A DNA stretch of 64,000 nt from Octopus vulgaris. Its lineage: Eukaryota. Made by a program: the position numbers and the translations under genes. Numbering within the stretch: the first letter of the stretch is position 1; each line of letters begins with the position of its first letter. Under the pieces are notes generated by a model that searched no databases, was not told the DNA's origin, and saw only the letters and a list, made by a program, of their open reading frames with translations. The stretch is taken from contig OX597839.1 of NCBI GenBank assembly GCA_951406725.2, positions 2,356,001 to 2,420,000 on the forward strand, read 5' to 3'. This document shows positions 1-13,521 of this stretch, piece by piece.

Positions 1-249
1 ATAAAGTATGTGATTCTGTATTATCTGATAGTTGATGAATGATTTAGATATATTTCTCCATTTTCTTATTTTGTATTATTAATTTATGGTAAAAATAATT
101 TTACCTTTGCCCACCTAATACAGTAAATGAATTAATTGCATCGCAATTCTTAACATTTATGTATTAGCTTTGTTGGGTACTTCTCTAGCAGTATATTGGA
201 TATATGTTATCCCATGGAGGGTTGAATTTACAACCCCTATCTCATTTTA

Positions 250-250
<1 letters not shown>
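1..250. repeat. Dispersed repeat fragment, also present rearranged at 25826-26090
   Basis: 1-70 matches 26020-26090 in the same orientation; 190-248 matches 25826-25886 in reverse complement. Confidence 0.6.
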
Positions 251-289
<39 letters not shown>

Positions 290-293
<4 letters not shown>

Positions 294-1341
294 TGAAACT
301 TTAGCGACTGAAGAAGGGGATTTTTCGTTGTGCTTATTGTCCTGTATCTCCTTTTTTTTGCCTGTCTTGTTCCTTGGTTTGTGTCTATGTTTTTCGTCTC
401 TCTATGTGTTCGACGTCTTTTTGGTGTCCTGTACACATATATGCGTGTATATGTACATGTAGAGGTAGGTACGTACATATATGTTTATATATATGCATAT
501 ATTGTATTAACATATTATACGACTAAACGCACGCACCCTATTAAGTAAGATTGTTCTGTTTATCAAGTTCGCCTTGATATTAACTCTCACGCGACTCTGC
601 ATCTTTCTTTCTTTCTCTCCCATTCCTTTTTCGTCTTTTTTCCCTCACTTAACTTGTCTCTTCCTCTCTCTCTCCCCCTCACTGTTCTTCATGGTCTCCT
701 CGCACCATTCCCCTTCTTCTCTCTCTTCCTCTTGCTCCTCCTCCCCCATTCCCGTCGTCCATCTGCGACCTTACTTCCGTCGTAACTGCTATCCTGTCCT
801 TTCTCGCCCGCCTTCTAAGGCTACTGGTCGACATCTTCCTCTCTCGTCGTCCACTATAATCCAGCGTTTGCAATACTTTTTTCGTCTGGCGTTAACAGCC
901 CTTCTTATCTTGTTCTCCTTGTCCTGTCTCTCACTGTTATATATTTATTTTTCCACTGTTTATATATATATTTTTTACTGTTTATATGTTTGTACTGTCG
1001 TTACCGTCTTGCTTTTTTTACCCCTCTGCGAAAAGATCTCAGAATTTTAATTGATTTGCTTTTCTCAGGAAGGAATTTTTCTTCGAAGTATACGTCTCGC
1101 TTTTATCCTTCGAAACGTTTAGTAGATGAAACTTTAGCGACTGAAGAAGGGGATTTTTCGTTGTGCTTATTGTCCTGTATCTCCTTTTTTTTGCCTGTCT
1201 TGTTCCTTGGTTTGTGTCTATGTTTTTCGTCTCTCTATGTGTTCGACGTCTTTTTGGTGTCCTGTACACATATATGCGTGTATATGTACATGTAGAGGTA
1301 GGTACGTACATATATGTTTATATATATGCATATATTTTATT

Positions 1342-1347
<6 letters not shown>
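290..1347. mobile_element. Element with ~225-bp terminal direct repeat (period 833) in (TA)n, Penelope-like architecture
   Basis: 290-515 is repeated at 1123-1347. A related diverged sequence recurs at 19310-19580 and 21209-21460. No credible ORF. Confidence 0.5.
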
Positions 1348-1387
<40 letters not shown>

Positions 1388-1410
1388 TATACACATATAT
1401 ATATATGTAT

Positions 1411-1499
<89 letters not shown>

Positions 1500-1520
1500 G
1501 ATATATATAGATAGACAGAC

Positions 1521-1615
<95 letters not shown>

Positions 1616-1695
1616 TAGACAGATAGACAGACAGGCAGACAGACAGACAGGCAGACAGACAGACAGACAGACAGATAGATAAATAGATAGATACA
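1345..1695. repeat. Compound microsatellite (TA)n-(TG)n-(GATA)n-(GACA)n
   Basis: Directly visible in the sequence. Confidence 0.95.
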
Positions 1696-1839
1696 GAGGG
1701 AAAGAAAGTGGGAGAGAGATGGCCAATTCATTCTTCAAATGTTGCACTTCCCCCTTTTTGAGTTAATTCCAACTTCTTATTGCAGAGCCTTCAAAAGTCG
1801 CACCATTTGAACCAGTCCCAACTTCTAATTACTGAACCC

Positions 1840-2010
1840 TGTAAAAAGGAACGCAGTGATGAAGCCGTCCAATGTACTGTTGATGGCTTTTTTTACCAAC
1901 AGGATGAAAGCTTCTTCACCAATGGAATCGAAACATTGCAACACCGATGCAAGAAGTGTTGCAGACCGCAAGGAGGACTACGTTGAAAAATAAACCTCAA
2001 TCGAGCATCT
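1840..2010 (+). mobile_element. mariner transposase C-terminal relic
   Basis: SDEAVQCTVDGFFYQQDESFFTNGIETLQHRCKKC resembles the mariner C-terminal F..GI..L..RW.KC motif. Confidence 0.65.
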
Positions 2011-2146
2011 TATTTCTTATTTATTTCTTTATTGCCCACAAGGGGCTAAACATAGAGGGGACAAACAAGGAGAGACAGAGGGATTAAGTCGATTACATCG
2101 ACCCCAGTACGTAACTGTATGTATATACACACATACACGCATAGAT

Positions 2147-2218
<72 letters not shown>

Positions 2219-2223
2219 CATAT

Positions 2224-2355
2224 CAGGAAATTGGAAATTGTTTTGTATTATTTATTCTCCATTACACATGTTTCATTTTCTAATAGGAATTACAAAGTTT
2301 TACATCTTAGTCATGCAAGGAATTTCTGATTATAAATTCTTTACACAGAGAAACT

Positions 2356-2440
<85 letters not shown>

Positions 2441-2600
2441 CAAAACAGGAAATTGGAGGTTGTTTTGTATTATTTATTCTCCATTACACATGTTTCGTTT
2501 TCTAATAGGAATTACAAAGTTTTACATCTTAGTCATGCAAGGAATTTCTGATTATAAATTCTTTACACAGAGAAACTAAATAATACACACACACACACAC
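2224..2600. repeat. Local ~140-bp tandem duplication across a (CA)n(TA)n tract
   Basis: caggaaattgg...gagaaactaaataa at ~2224-2361 and ~2446-2584. Confidence 0.85.
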
Positions 2601-3002
2601 ATACACATGGTCAAACAAACTCCAAATATATTGGTAAGGATCTGAGCCGGCAAGACTTGTATTATTTTTAGAAATAAATAGAGGAAAGAGTTCATTTGAT
2701 CCTGGCCGTAATTTCATTTGGCGTTCACGAAATTTGACTATTACTTAATTAAAATCGGTTGATATGTCAACTTGTAGTTGTCCTGTGTAATTATTAGCAG
2801 CTGTAAATTAATTAAATCTTCTGCTAAACTGATATAGATGGCGCTAGGAAGAAAAAGGGAGAGAGCGGGGGAGAGTGGGAAGGGGTGATGGGGCGATGAG
2901 AGGAGACGAAGAGAGAAAAAAAATGATACAGGAGACGAAAAGAGAACAGGGAAGACAGAGAGAACGAGTTGCAATAGAGATATAAGGAGAGATGAATGAG
3001 AA

Positions 3003-3280
<278 letters not shown>

Positions 3281-3847
3281 GAATGTGTATGCGTGAGTGT
3301 GTGTGTGTGCGTGTGCGTGCATGTGTGAGAAAGGGAGCGGGGAGGGGAAACTGAGTGAAGCACACATCCTATCTCTATCTGTGGTTTACTACTACACAAT
3401 AACAAAAAACATAAATAGACCTATACAAAGAAAATCTACGGTATCTCTCTTTACCTCGCATGCTATACGAATTTATCATATAAGACCGTCGTGTTTGGCT
3501 ATAACAATATGTAGCAGTAAATAAATGTTTGTTTCCAACTTCGTTTCCACTGTTTTTCTTTTCGTCTTGCACATCTGCCACATCAACATCCGTTACAATT
3601 GGTAACTACCGACTCCAAAATATATCCTAACACATATCAGTGAGTGGGGGTTGTCCGGTGCGCAGTTACGCCGTCGAGAGGTAGGCCGCGAAACGGTGCG
3701 CATTCTCTCCTGATGAGCCCATACACTTGCCGGCTTCCGGTATGCAGAGTTCTCGACTAATAGCACTGGCATGTGCAAGTTGTTTGCAAAACATACCGTT
3801 ACAAATGGTGACCACTATAACAGACAGTTATATATATCATGTACGTC

Positions 3848-4266
3848 AAGGCGGCGAGCTGGCAGAAACGTTAGCGCGCCGGGCGAAATGCTTAGCGGTA
3901 TTTCGTCTGTCGTTACGTTCTGAGTTCAAGTTCCGCCGAGGTTGACTTTGCCTTTCATCCTTTCGGGGACGATTAAATAAATACCAGTTACGCACTGGAC
4001 TCGATGTAATCGACTTAACCCGTGTGTCTGTCCTTGTTTGTCCCCTCTGTGTTTAGTCCCTTGTGGGTAGTAAAGAAATAGAAATAGGTATTTCGTCTGT
4101 CGTTACGTTCTGAGTTCAAATTCCGCCGAGGTCGACTTTGCCTTTCATCCTTTCGGGGTCGCTAAATTAAGTACCAGTTACGCACTGGGGTCGATGTAAT
4201 CGACTTAATCCGTTTGTATGTCGTTTGTCCCCTCCGTGTGTAGCCCCTTGTGGGTAGTAAAGAAAT
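3848..4266 (+). mobile_element. tRNA-derived SINE (family B), full copy plus tandem 5'-truncated copy
   Basis: ggcggcgagctggcagaaacgttagc...gagttcaa(a/g)ttccgcc head (B-box-like). Same family at 54042-54248 (+), 56925-57150 (-), 57400-57625 (-), 30920-32490 (-) and 41330-41720 (-). Confidence 0.85.
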
Positions 4267-4335
4267 ATATATAATGTACGTCGCAAGTACATTTATGGAC
4301 TTACACTTTTTATATATTTATATTTATGAATTTTT

Positions 4336-4535
4336 GGCGATCATTCGGTACTAGTAACATAACTATCACTTATAAACACACGTGGGTTTATTTCCATTTC
4401 TGAAGAAAAAAGATTCCCTTCCCCCATAACCCTGATCCCACATGTATAAAAAAATTAAAATTTTACGGAAAGTGACGATCTTCCTCTTCAAATAAATACA
4501 CGTGATGAAAATGGGACTCATACCGAAAGAATGCC
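4336..4535. mobile_element. MITE with GGC termini and 8-bp TSD (Merlin-like)
   Basis: Imperfect TIRs ggcgatcattcggta / taccgaaagaatgcc; TSD gaattttt at 4328-4335 and 4536-4543. Confidence 0.6.
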
Positions 4536-4639
4536 GAATTTTTATGTTTATAAATTTTATATGTGAATGAATTTTATATATTCATAAATTTTCGCGTATA
4601 TATATGTATTTATAAATTCTTAGAAATGTTTTTATATAT

Positions 4640-4930
4640 TACTAGCAGTATCGCCCGGCGTTGCTCGGATTTGTAAGGGAAATAACTATATAAGCATTTT
4701 AGAGAGTTACTTCCCTTATATAACCCGAGCAAAAATCATTGAAAATGCGAAAAAATTATAGTAAATTTTTTTTTTAAATCGTAGACTCATTTTAGACGCG
4801 CGCTAATACCCAGAAGGGCTCGATATGAATCACGACTATAAGATACCCGGTTTTAGTTAAACTGCACCTAGGAATCTAAATCGGAGTAGACACACACACA
4901 CACACAACTTTAGTTTTATATATAAAGATA
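4640..4930. mobile_element. Non-autonomous Helitron/Helentron-like (HINE-type) element
   Basis: Begins tactagcag...gcccggcgttgctcgg (GC hairpin next to CTAG), has an internal (CA)n, and ends ttttatatataaagat. Confidence 0.5.
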
Positions 4931-5048
4931 TAGATGAATGCATCTATGCATATACTTTGTATGCCATGAAGGATTTATATATACATCGGCCTTTGAATTT
5001 GATTTCTCCTCTCCTTAATTTTATATATATATATATATATATACATAA

Positions 5049-5157
<109 letters not shown>

Positions 5158-5160
5158 TAT

Positions 5161-5471
5161 CACGTGATCACGTGATCGACCAGTCCATCAGATGTTGTTA
5201 CACATCGCTGGTCACAATGCGTTCGCATTGCTTTAGCATTCCAATGACGCCACCACGCTGGCTAAGCGAGCAGGCCAACAGAAGAAAGAGTGGGAGAAAG
5301 AGTGGTGAAAGAACACAGCAGGGATCACCCCCACCCCCACCCTGCCGGAGCGTCGTGGAGCTTTTTAGGTGTTTTCGCTCAATAAACACTCACAACGCCC
5401 GGTCTGGGAATCGAAACCGCAATCCTACGACCGCGAGTCCGCTGTCCTAACCTCTAGGCCATTGCGCCTCC
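5161..5471 (-). mobile_element. tRNA-Arg-like SINE (family A)
   Basis: Head ggcgcaatggcc.ag.ggttagg.cagcggacTCGcggtc...ggtttcgattccc with A/B boxes and a TCG anticodon. Same family at 15880-16090 (+), 46072-46335 (-) and 47899-48182 (+). Confidence 0.85.
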
Positions 5472-5482
5472 ACACACACACA

Positions 5483-5558
<76 letters not shown>

Positions 5559-6432
5559 CATACATACATACAGCCTGAGGTTAGCTCTTCATTTTCAGTT
5601 ATTATACTATGAGTCTTCCATACTAACTTTCTGTCTGTAACTCGCAAAGCCTTTCGGGTTTGTTTATAAAAATATTATTTATATATGGAATTATGTATGC
5701 ATATATAGTTATATACATCTATTTATGTATGTATATGTATTTATATATGTATATGTATTTATACTTGGACTACACACGAAACCACTTGGTTAGAAAGCGC
5801 ATTTTTTAACTACAAAGTCATTCCTGCTCGTATGGACTTGTTTGTCTCAGTGTAATATTTTCTTCCTCAACATAATCATCGATACCTTTGAAAACGTATC
5901 TGTATTACATTTTATTGAAAGACTACTTACTACAAAAAAAAATTGAGAAAGTTGGTACGGGGCATTAAACAGTAGATATACACTACCTTTACTTTCCCCC
6001 ACCCCTCTGTCTTTCGACAAATTTATAGTGCAAGGGAGAGAAATCTGTCTGGACTCACATACACACACACACAAACGTTGTTGACGTTATACAAATTAAA
6101 AAATTTCGGGAGAATATAAAATAATTTTCGGTGTGAACAAGGAATTTCGAAGCAGATAGAGTTATAAACAACAGCGTGTACATATTGGGTTTTCAAAAAA
6201 TCCTTTTCGTTATAAACAGTCGAAAAGGCGTCTGTGATACCCCAACCCGAAAGGCTTTGCGAGTTACGGACAGAAGGCTACTATGGAAGACTCATAGTAT
6301 AATAACTGAAAATGATGAGCTAACCTGAGGCTGAGTCGAACATATATATATATATATATATATATATTCATACTTTGTATATATGTATATATATATATAT
6401 TTATATATATATATATATATTCATACTTTGTA

Positions 6433-6494
<62 letters not shown>

Positions 6495-6671
6495 AATACA
6501 TATATATATATATGTGCATACATAAATACATATATATATATATGTGCATACATAAATACATAAATACATATACATATATATTTATTACTATTATTTTATT
6601 TTATTATTTATTTCTTTTTTTATTTATATATTTTTATTTTTTATTTTTCATTTTTATTTATTTATTTATTC

Positions 6672-6705
<34 letters not shown>

Positions 6706-6757
6706 GCATATATATATATACATAAATAAATACATATACATATATATATATACATAC

Positions 6758-7695
6758 ATGCAACAGGAGTTGGACACAATATACAGGTTGGATAAGGACA
6801 ACAACATGCAGTTTAATGCAGGTAAGTTCCAGGCCCTGCGCTACTGGCACACAAAGGTAACCGATGTGCAGACTCGATACACTGGCCCAGGAAAAATTGC
6901 AATCCCTGAGTCAAAATCAGTGCGTGACCTGGGCATTGACATGAGCAATGATGCATCTTTCCAAGTGCATATTGCTAATCTGGTGATAAAATGCAGACGG
7001 CTAGCTGGATGGATTCTCCGAACTTTCAGAACAAGAGAGAAGGAGACACTGATGGTCCTATGGAAAACATTCGTCCTCAGCCGCTTGGACTACTGCTCCC
7101 AACTGTGGTCACCACACAATATAAAACTAACAGCAGAACTCGAAGCAATTCAGAGAAGCTACACAAAGAAAATTGTCTCAATGCAAAATATCAGCTACTG
7201 GGAAAGACTGAAGGTATTAAACCTCTTCTCCCTAGAGCAGAGGCGGGAGAGATTTGCGGTGATATACATCTGGAAAATCCTGGCGGGTCTTGTCCCAAAC
7301 TTTGGCATTCAAAGTTACCCCAACCGCAGAACGGGGCGCCGCTGCGTGGTGCCAAGGATTCCAACATCACCATCAAAATACAGGTCCAGATACTGCAACA
7401 GCTTGGGTTTCAGAGGACCACAGCTCTTTAACATCCTCCCTAAATGCCTGAGAGACTTACATGGTGTGGATGTGGGTTTCTTTAAAACTAAACTAGATCT
7501 CTTCTTGTCGGGAGTCCCAGATGAACCTGCCTCACGACAGGAGACACGGATGCGGGCAGCAGCATAGAACTCCCTTTTTGATCAAGTGCCACATATCAGA
7601 GGTGGATTCACAAATTAGTGTAGCTGATTCAGCGGTGGTGCCCCAGCATGGCTGCGGCCTTCAGGCTAAAACATTTTTAAGGATTTAAGGATTTA
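6758..7695 (+). mobile_element. 5'-truncated CR1-like LINE (RT C-terminal region plus 3' tail)
   Basis: Open frame 6758-7567: KSVRDLGI...FRTR...[10 protein letters not shown]...LEAIQR...YWERLK.LNLFSLE.RRER. 3' tail gcggtggtgccccagcatgg followed by (taaggatt) repeats. Confidence 0.88.
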
Positions 7696-7758
7696 TAAAT
7701 AAGTATATATACATATACACACATACATACATACATATATATATACATACATATATAT

Positions 7759-7819
<61 letters not shown>

Positions 7820-7999
7820 TACATACATACATATACATATATATTTATTATTATTATTTTATTTAATTATTTATTTCTTTTTTTTATTTATATATTTTTA
7901 TTTTTTATTTTTCATTTTTATTTATTTATTTATTCTTATTTTTTCTTATTATTTATAAACTATCAAAAAGTATTAAAAGTTTATTAAAATAAATACAAA

Positions 8000-8052
<53 letters not shown>

Positions 8053-8453
8053 TGTTCGAATCAGACTGACGTTAGCTCATCATTTTCAGTTATTATACTA
8101 TGAGTCTTCCATAGTAACTTTCTGTCTGTAACTCGCAAAGCCTTTCGGGTTTGTTTATAAAGATATTATTTATATATGGAATTATGTATGCATATATATT
8201 TATATATATCTATTTATGTATGTATATGTATTTATATATGCGTATATATATATATGTATATATTTATATGTGTGTACATATATGTATTTAAGGATATATA
8301 TATATATATATATTTAAGTTTGTGCATATGTATTTATGTATGTATATATATATGTATATATATATATGTGTGTGTGACTATGTTCCCACAAAAATTTTTT
8401 TCATGTTCTCCAGAATTTTTTTAGTTTGTATAACGTCAATAATACATGTGTGC

Positions 8454-8493
<40 letters not shown>

Positions 8494-9206
8494 GTGTGTG
8501 TATGTATGCATATATAGTTATATATATCTATTTATGTATGTATATGTATTTATACTTGGACTACACACGAAACCATTTGGTTAGAAAGCACATTTTTTAA
8601 CTACAAAGTCATTCCTGCTCGTCTGGACTTTTTTCTTTCAGTGTAATATTTTCTTCCTCAACATAATCATCGATTCCTTCGAAAACGTACCTGTATAATA
8701 TTTTATTTAAAGACTATCTATTATAAGTAAAAAATTGAGAAAGTTGGTACGGAGCATTAAACAGTAGTTATACACTCCCTTTACATTCCCCCACCCCTCT
8801 GTCTTTCGGCAACTCTATAGTGCAGGGGAGAGAAATCTGTCTGGACTCAAATACACAAACACGCACACACACACATTGTTGACGTAAGAGAAGTTTAAAA
8901 AATTCGGGAGAACGTGAAATAATTTTCGGTGGGAACATGGAATTTCGAAGCAGATAGAGTTATAAAAAATAGCGCGTACATATTGAGTTTCAAGAAAAAC
9001 CCTTTTTGTTATAAACAGTCGAAAAGGCGTCTGTGGGACCCCAACCCGAAAGGCTTTGCGAGTTACGGACAGAAAGCTACTATGGAAGACTCAGAGTATA
9101 ATAATTGAAAATGATGAGCTAACCTCAGGCTGAATCGAACATATATAAATATATATATATGTATATATATATACATTCATACTTTATATATATATATATG
9201 TATATA

Positions 9207-9256
<50 letters not shown>

Positions 9257-9278
9257 TATATACATACATACAAAGTAC

Positions 9279-9325
<47 letters not shown>

Positions 9326-9334
9326 TACAAAGTA

Positions 9335-9506
<172 letters not shown>

Positions 9507-9518
9507 ATACCAAGTAGA

Positions 9519-10398
9519 TTCTACTAAAAGGGGGATCTCAGTAAAAACACAGCACTTGAAAGGTAACTTAAAAATTGCATGATAGATTGGTAACTTAATA
9601 GGTAACTTAAAATTGATAGGTAACTTAAAATTGCATGATAGATTGCCGTCATTTCATTCTTTCTTTCTTACCTGTCTGTGTTTGCCTTTCAAGTGCTGTG
9701 TTTTTACTGAGATCCCCCTTTTAGTAGAAGGAATAGCTATATCTCTTTGACTGCTATTTCTAAATTCGGTGTGTTGGCGAGGCAATTCGTTGCTAAACCC
9801 TTAATTACTTAGTATTACTTAAATTTTCCTCGAATGGGGCTTTTACATGCCGAAATCTACTTGGTGTAATTGATAATTATCCCTAATTAATTAATTTCAC
9901 CCTTTATTATTACTGATAACCATATTTTATCCCAGTAAATGACCGCAGCATTTTGTCTTGGCTACACGCGGGTGGAAGGGGGCAGGTGACACAAACTTTC
10001 ATTCAAACTTTGAATTTCGTGGTACTGGTCATGCTTTGGCTCGCTCTGACACTGAGTTGAGATGATGCATTCTAGTATCTCAAAATTTAATATACAATTA
10101 TTCATAATTGTGGTATCCTGCGCCGATGAGAGAAGAAGTTTGGGTAAAGTAGAATTTTCTAATTCTTATGCTATCCTAAAACTTGATCTCGAAACGTACG
10201 TCCGTAGGTAACTTAAAATTGCATGATAGATTGCCGTCATTTCATTCTTTCTTTCTTACCTGTCTGTGTTTGCCTTTCAAGTGCTGTGTTTTTACTGAGA
10301 TCCCCCTTTTAGTAGAAGGAATAGCTATATCTCTTTGACTGCTATTTCTAAATTCGGTGTGTTGGCGAGGCAATTCGTTGCTAAACCCTTAATTACTT

Positions 10399-10403
<5 letters not shown>
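9519..10403 (+). mobile_element. Non-coding retrozyme/Penelope-pLTR-like element
   Basis: Direct repeat 9617-9815 = 10205-10403 (period 588). 5' inverted segment 9519-9564 is the reverse complement of 9685-9730. Hammerhead lies at the repeat junction; flanks are (TA)n. Confidence 0.7.
10117..10208 (+). ncRNA. Type I hammerhead ribozyme (U4C core variant, extended helix II)
   Basis: Helix I cctgcg/cgtagg; core CCGATGA (10123-10129); helix II gaga...tctc with further pairs aagttt/aaactt and agaatt/aattct; GAAA (10191-10194); palindromic helix III cgtacg; GTC cleavage triplet ending at 10202. Confidence 0.75.
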
Positions 10404-10433
<30 letters not shown>

Positions 10434-10690
10434 ATATATAGATATATAGATATAGATATAGATATAGATATATATATATATATACGTATATGTTTGATTC
10501 AGCCTGAAGTTAGCTCATCATTTTCAGTTATTATACTATGAATCTTCCATAGTAACTTTCTGTCCGTAACTCGCAAAGCCTTTCGGGTTTGTTTATAAAA
10601 ATATTATATATATATGTAATTATGTATGCATATGTATTCATATACATCTATTTATGTATGTATATGTATTTATATATATATATATTTATG

Positions 10691-10801
<111 letters not shown>

Positions 10802-10982
10802 ATATGTACGTATGTATTTATATGTGTGTATATATATGTATTTATGGATGTATATATATTTATGTTTGTGTATTTATATGTATGTATGTGTGTGTATATA
10901 TTTATATTTATATTTATGTTCCCACCGAGAGTTATTTCACGTTCTCCCGAAATCTTTTAATTTGTATAATGTCAACAATGTT

Positions 10983-11020
<38 letters not shown>

Positions 11021-11729
11021 TGTGTGTGTGTGTTTGTGTGTGTGTGTATGTGAGTCCAGACAGATTTCTCTCCCTTGCACTATAAATTTGACGAAAGACA
11101 GAGGGGTGGGGGAATGTAAAGGGAGTGTATAACTACTGTTTAATGCTCCGTACCAACTTTCTCAATTTTTTATTTATAATAGATAGTCTTTAAATAAAAT
11201 ATTATACAGGTACGTTTTCGAAGGTATCGATGATTATGTTGAGGAAGAAAATATTACACTGAAAGAAAAAAGTCCACACGAGCAGGAATGACATTGTAGT
11301 TAAAAAATGCGCTTTCTAACCAAATGGTTTCGTGTGTATTCCAAGCATATATACATATATATATATAAATACATATACATACATAAATACATATACATAC
11401 ATAAATACATATGTATGAATATATATGCATACATAATTACATATATAAAAAATATTTTTATAAACAAACCCGAAAGGCTTTGCGAGTTACGGTCGGAAAG
11501 TTACTATGGAAGACACCTAGTATAATAACTGAAATTATGAGCTAAACTCAGGCTGAATCAGACATATATATATATATATATATATATGCATACATATATA
11601 TATATATATATGTATCTATATATATATTTATTTTATAGAAGGAGCTTCTTCTATAAAATAAATCAATTTTACTCTGCTATGTATTGAGTACCTTATTTAC
11701 TGTGGTTAACCCCGACTCAACCCGGGACC

Positions 11730-11867
<138 letters not shown>

Positions 11868-11878
11868 TATATACATAC

Positions 11879-11911
<33 letters not shown>

Positions 11912-11975
11912 ATATGTATGTGTATGTATATATATATATATGCATATATATATATATATATATGTATGTATATAC

Positions 11976-12007
<32 letters not shown>

Positions 12008-12890
12008 TATTTATGTATCATGCAATTATATATATGTATGTTCGAATCAGCCTGAGATTAGCTCATCATTTTCAGTTATTATACCATGAGTCTTCCATAG
12101 TAACTTTCTGTCGGTAACTCGCAAAGCCTTTCGGGTTTGTTTATAAAGATATTATTTATACGTGTACTTATGTATGCATATATAGTGATATATATCTATT
12201 TATGTATGTATATGTATTTATATATATATGTATTTATGCTTGGAATACCCACAAAACCATTTGGTTAGAAAGCGCATTTTTTAACTACAAAGTCATACCA
12301 GATCGTATGGACTTTTTTCTTTCAGTGTAATATTTTCTTCCTCAACATAATCATCGATACCTTCGAAAACGTACCTGTATAATATTTTATTTAAAGACTA
12401 TCTATTATAAGTAAAAAATTGAGAAAGTTGGTACGGAGCATTAAACAGTAGTTATACGCTCCCTTTACGTTCCCCCACCCCTCTGTCTTTCGTCAAATTT
12501 ATAGTGCAGGGGAGAGAAATCTGTCTGGACTCAAATACACAAACACGCACACACACACATTGTTGACGTAAGAGAAGTTAAAAAAATTCGGGAGAACATG
12601 AAATAATTTTCGGTGGGAACATGGAATTTCGAAGCAGATAGAGTTATAAAAAATAGCGCGTACATATTGAGTTTCAAGAAAAACCCTTTTCGTTATAAAC
12701 AGTCGAAAAGGCGTCTGTGGGACCCCAACCCGAAAGGCTTTGCGAGTTACGGACAGAAAGCTACTATGGAAGACTCAGAGTATAATAATTGAAAATGATG
12801 AGCTAACCTCAGGCTGAATCGAACATATATAAATATATATATATGTATATATATATACATTCATACTTTATATATATATATGTGTATATA

Positions 12891-12942
<52 letters not shown>

Positions 12943-12990
12943 TATATACATACATACAAAGCACATATATATACATATATATATATATAT

Positions 12991-13065
<75 letters not shown>

Positions 13066-13108
13066 TACATACTTATATATATATACATACATATATATGC
13101 ATACATAT

Positions 13109-13211
<103 letters not shown>

Positions 13212-13462
13212 TATATAACAATTGTTTGTTTGTATTCCACCTGCCTTCGTCTTTTGTTTATTTTCATAAAGCTTCCCCTTATGTATTCGTATGTATGTTC
13301 GATTCAGCCTGAGGTTAGCTCATCATTTTCAGTTATTATACTATGAGTCTTCCATAATACCTTTCTGTCCGCAACATGCAGAGCCTCTCGGTTTGTGTAT
13401 AAAAGTATTATTTCTATTTGTAATTATGTATGCATATATAGTTATATACATCTATTCATGTA

Positions 13463-13521
<59 letters not shown>

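Noticed and set aside
1060-1190. Canonical hammerhead at the junction of the 833-bp element
   Set aside because: GAAA precedes CTGAAGA, and helices I/III do not form in any standard permutation.
3670-3725. Hammerhead from CGAAAC plus CTGATGAG
   Set aside because: Only 16 nt lie between the motifs, and helix II does not close.
11048-11132. Recurring peptide [26 protein letters not shown] in the array core
   Set aside because: It recurs only because the DNA repeats. It has no consistent start, and the copy at ~23580-23620 is frame-disrupted.
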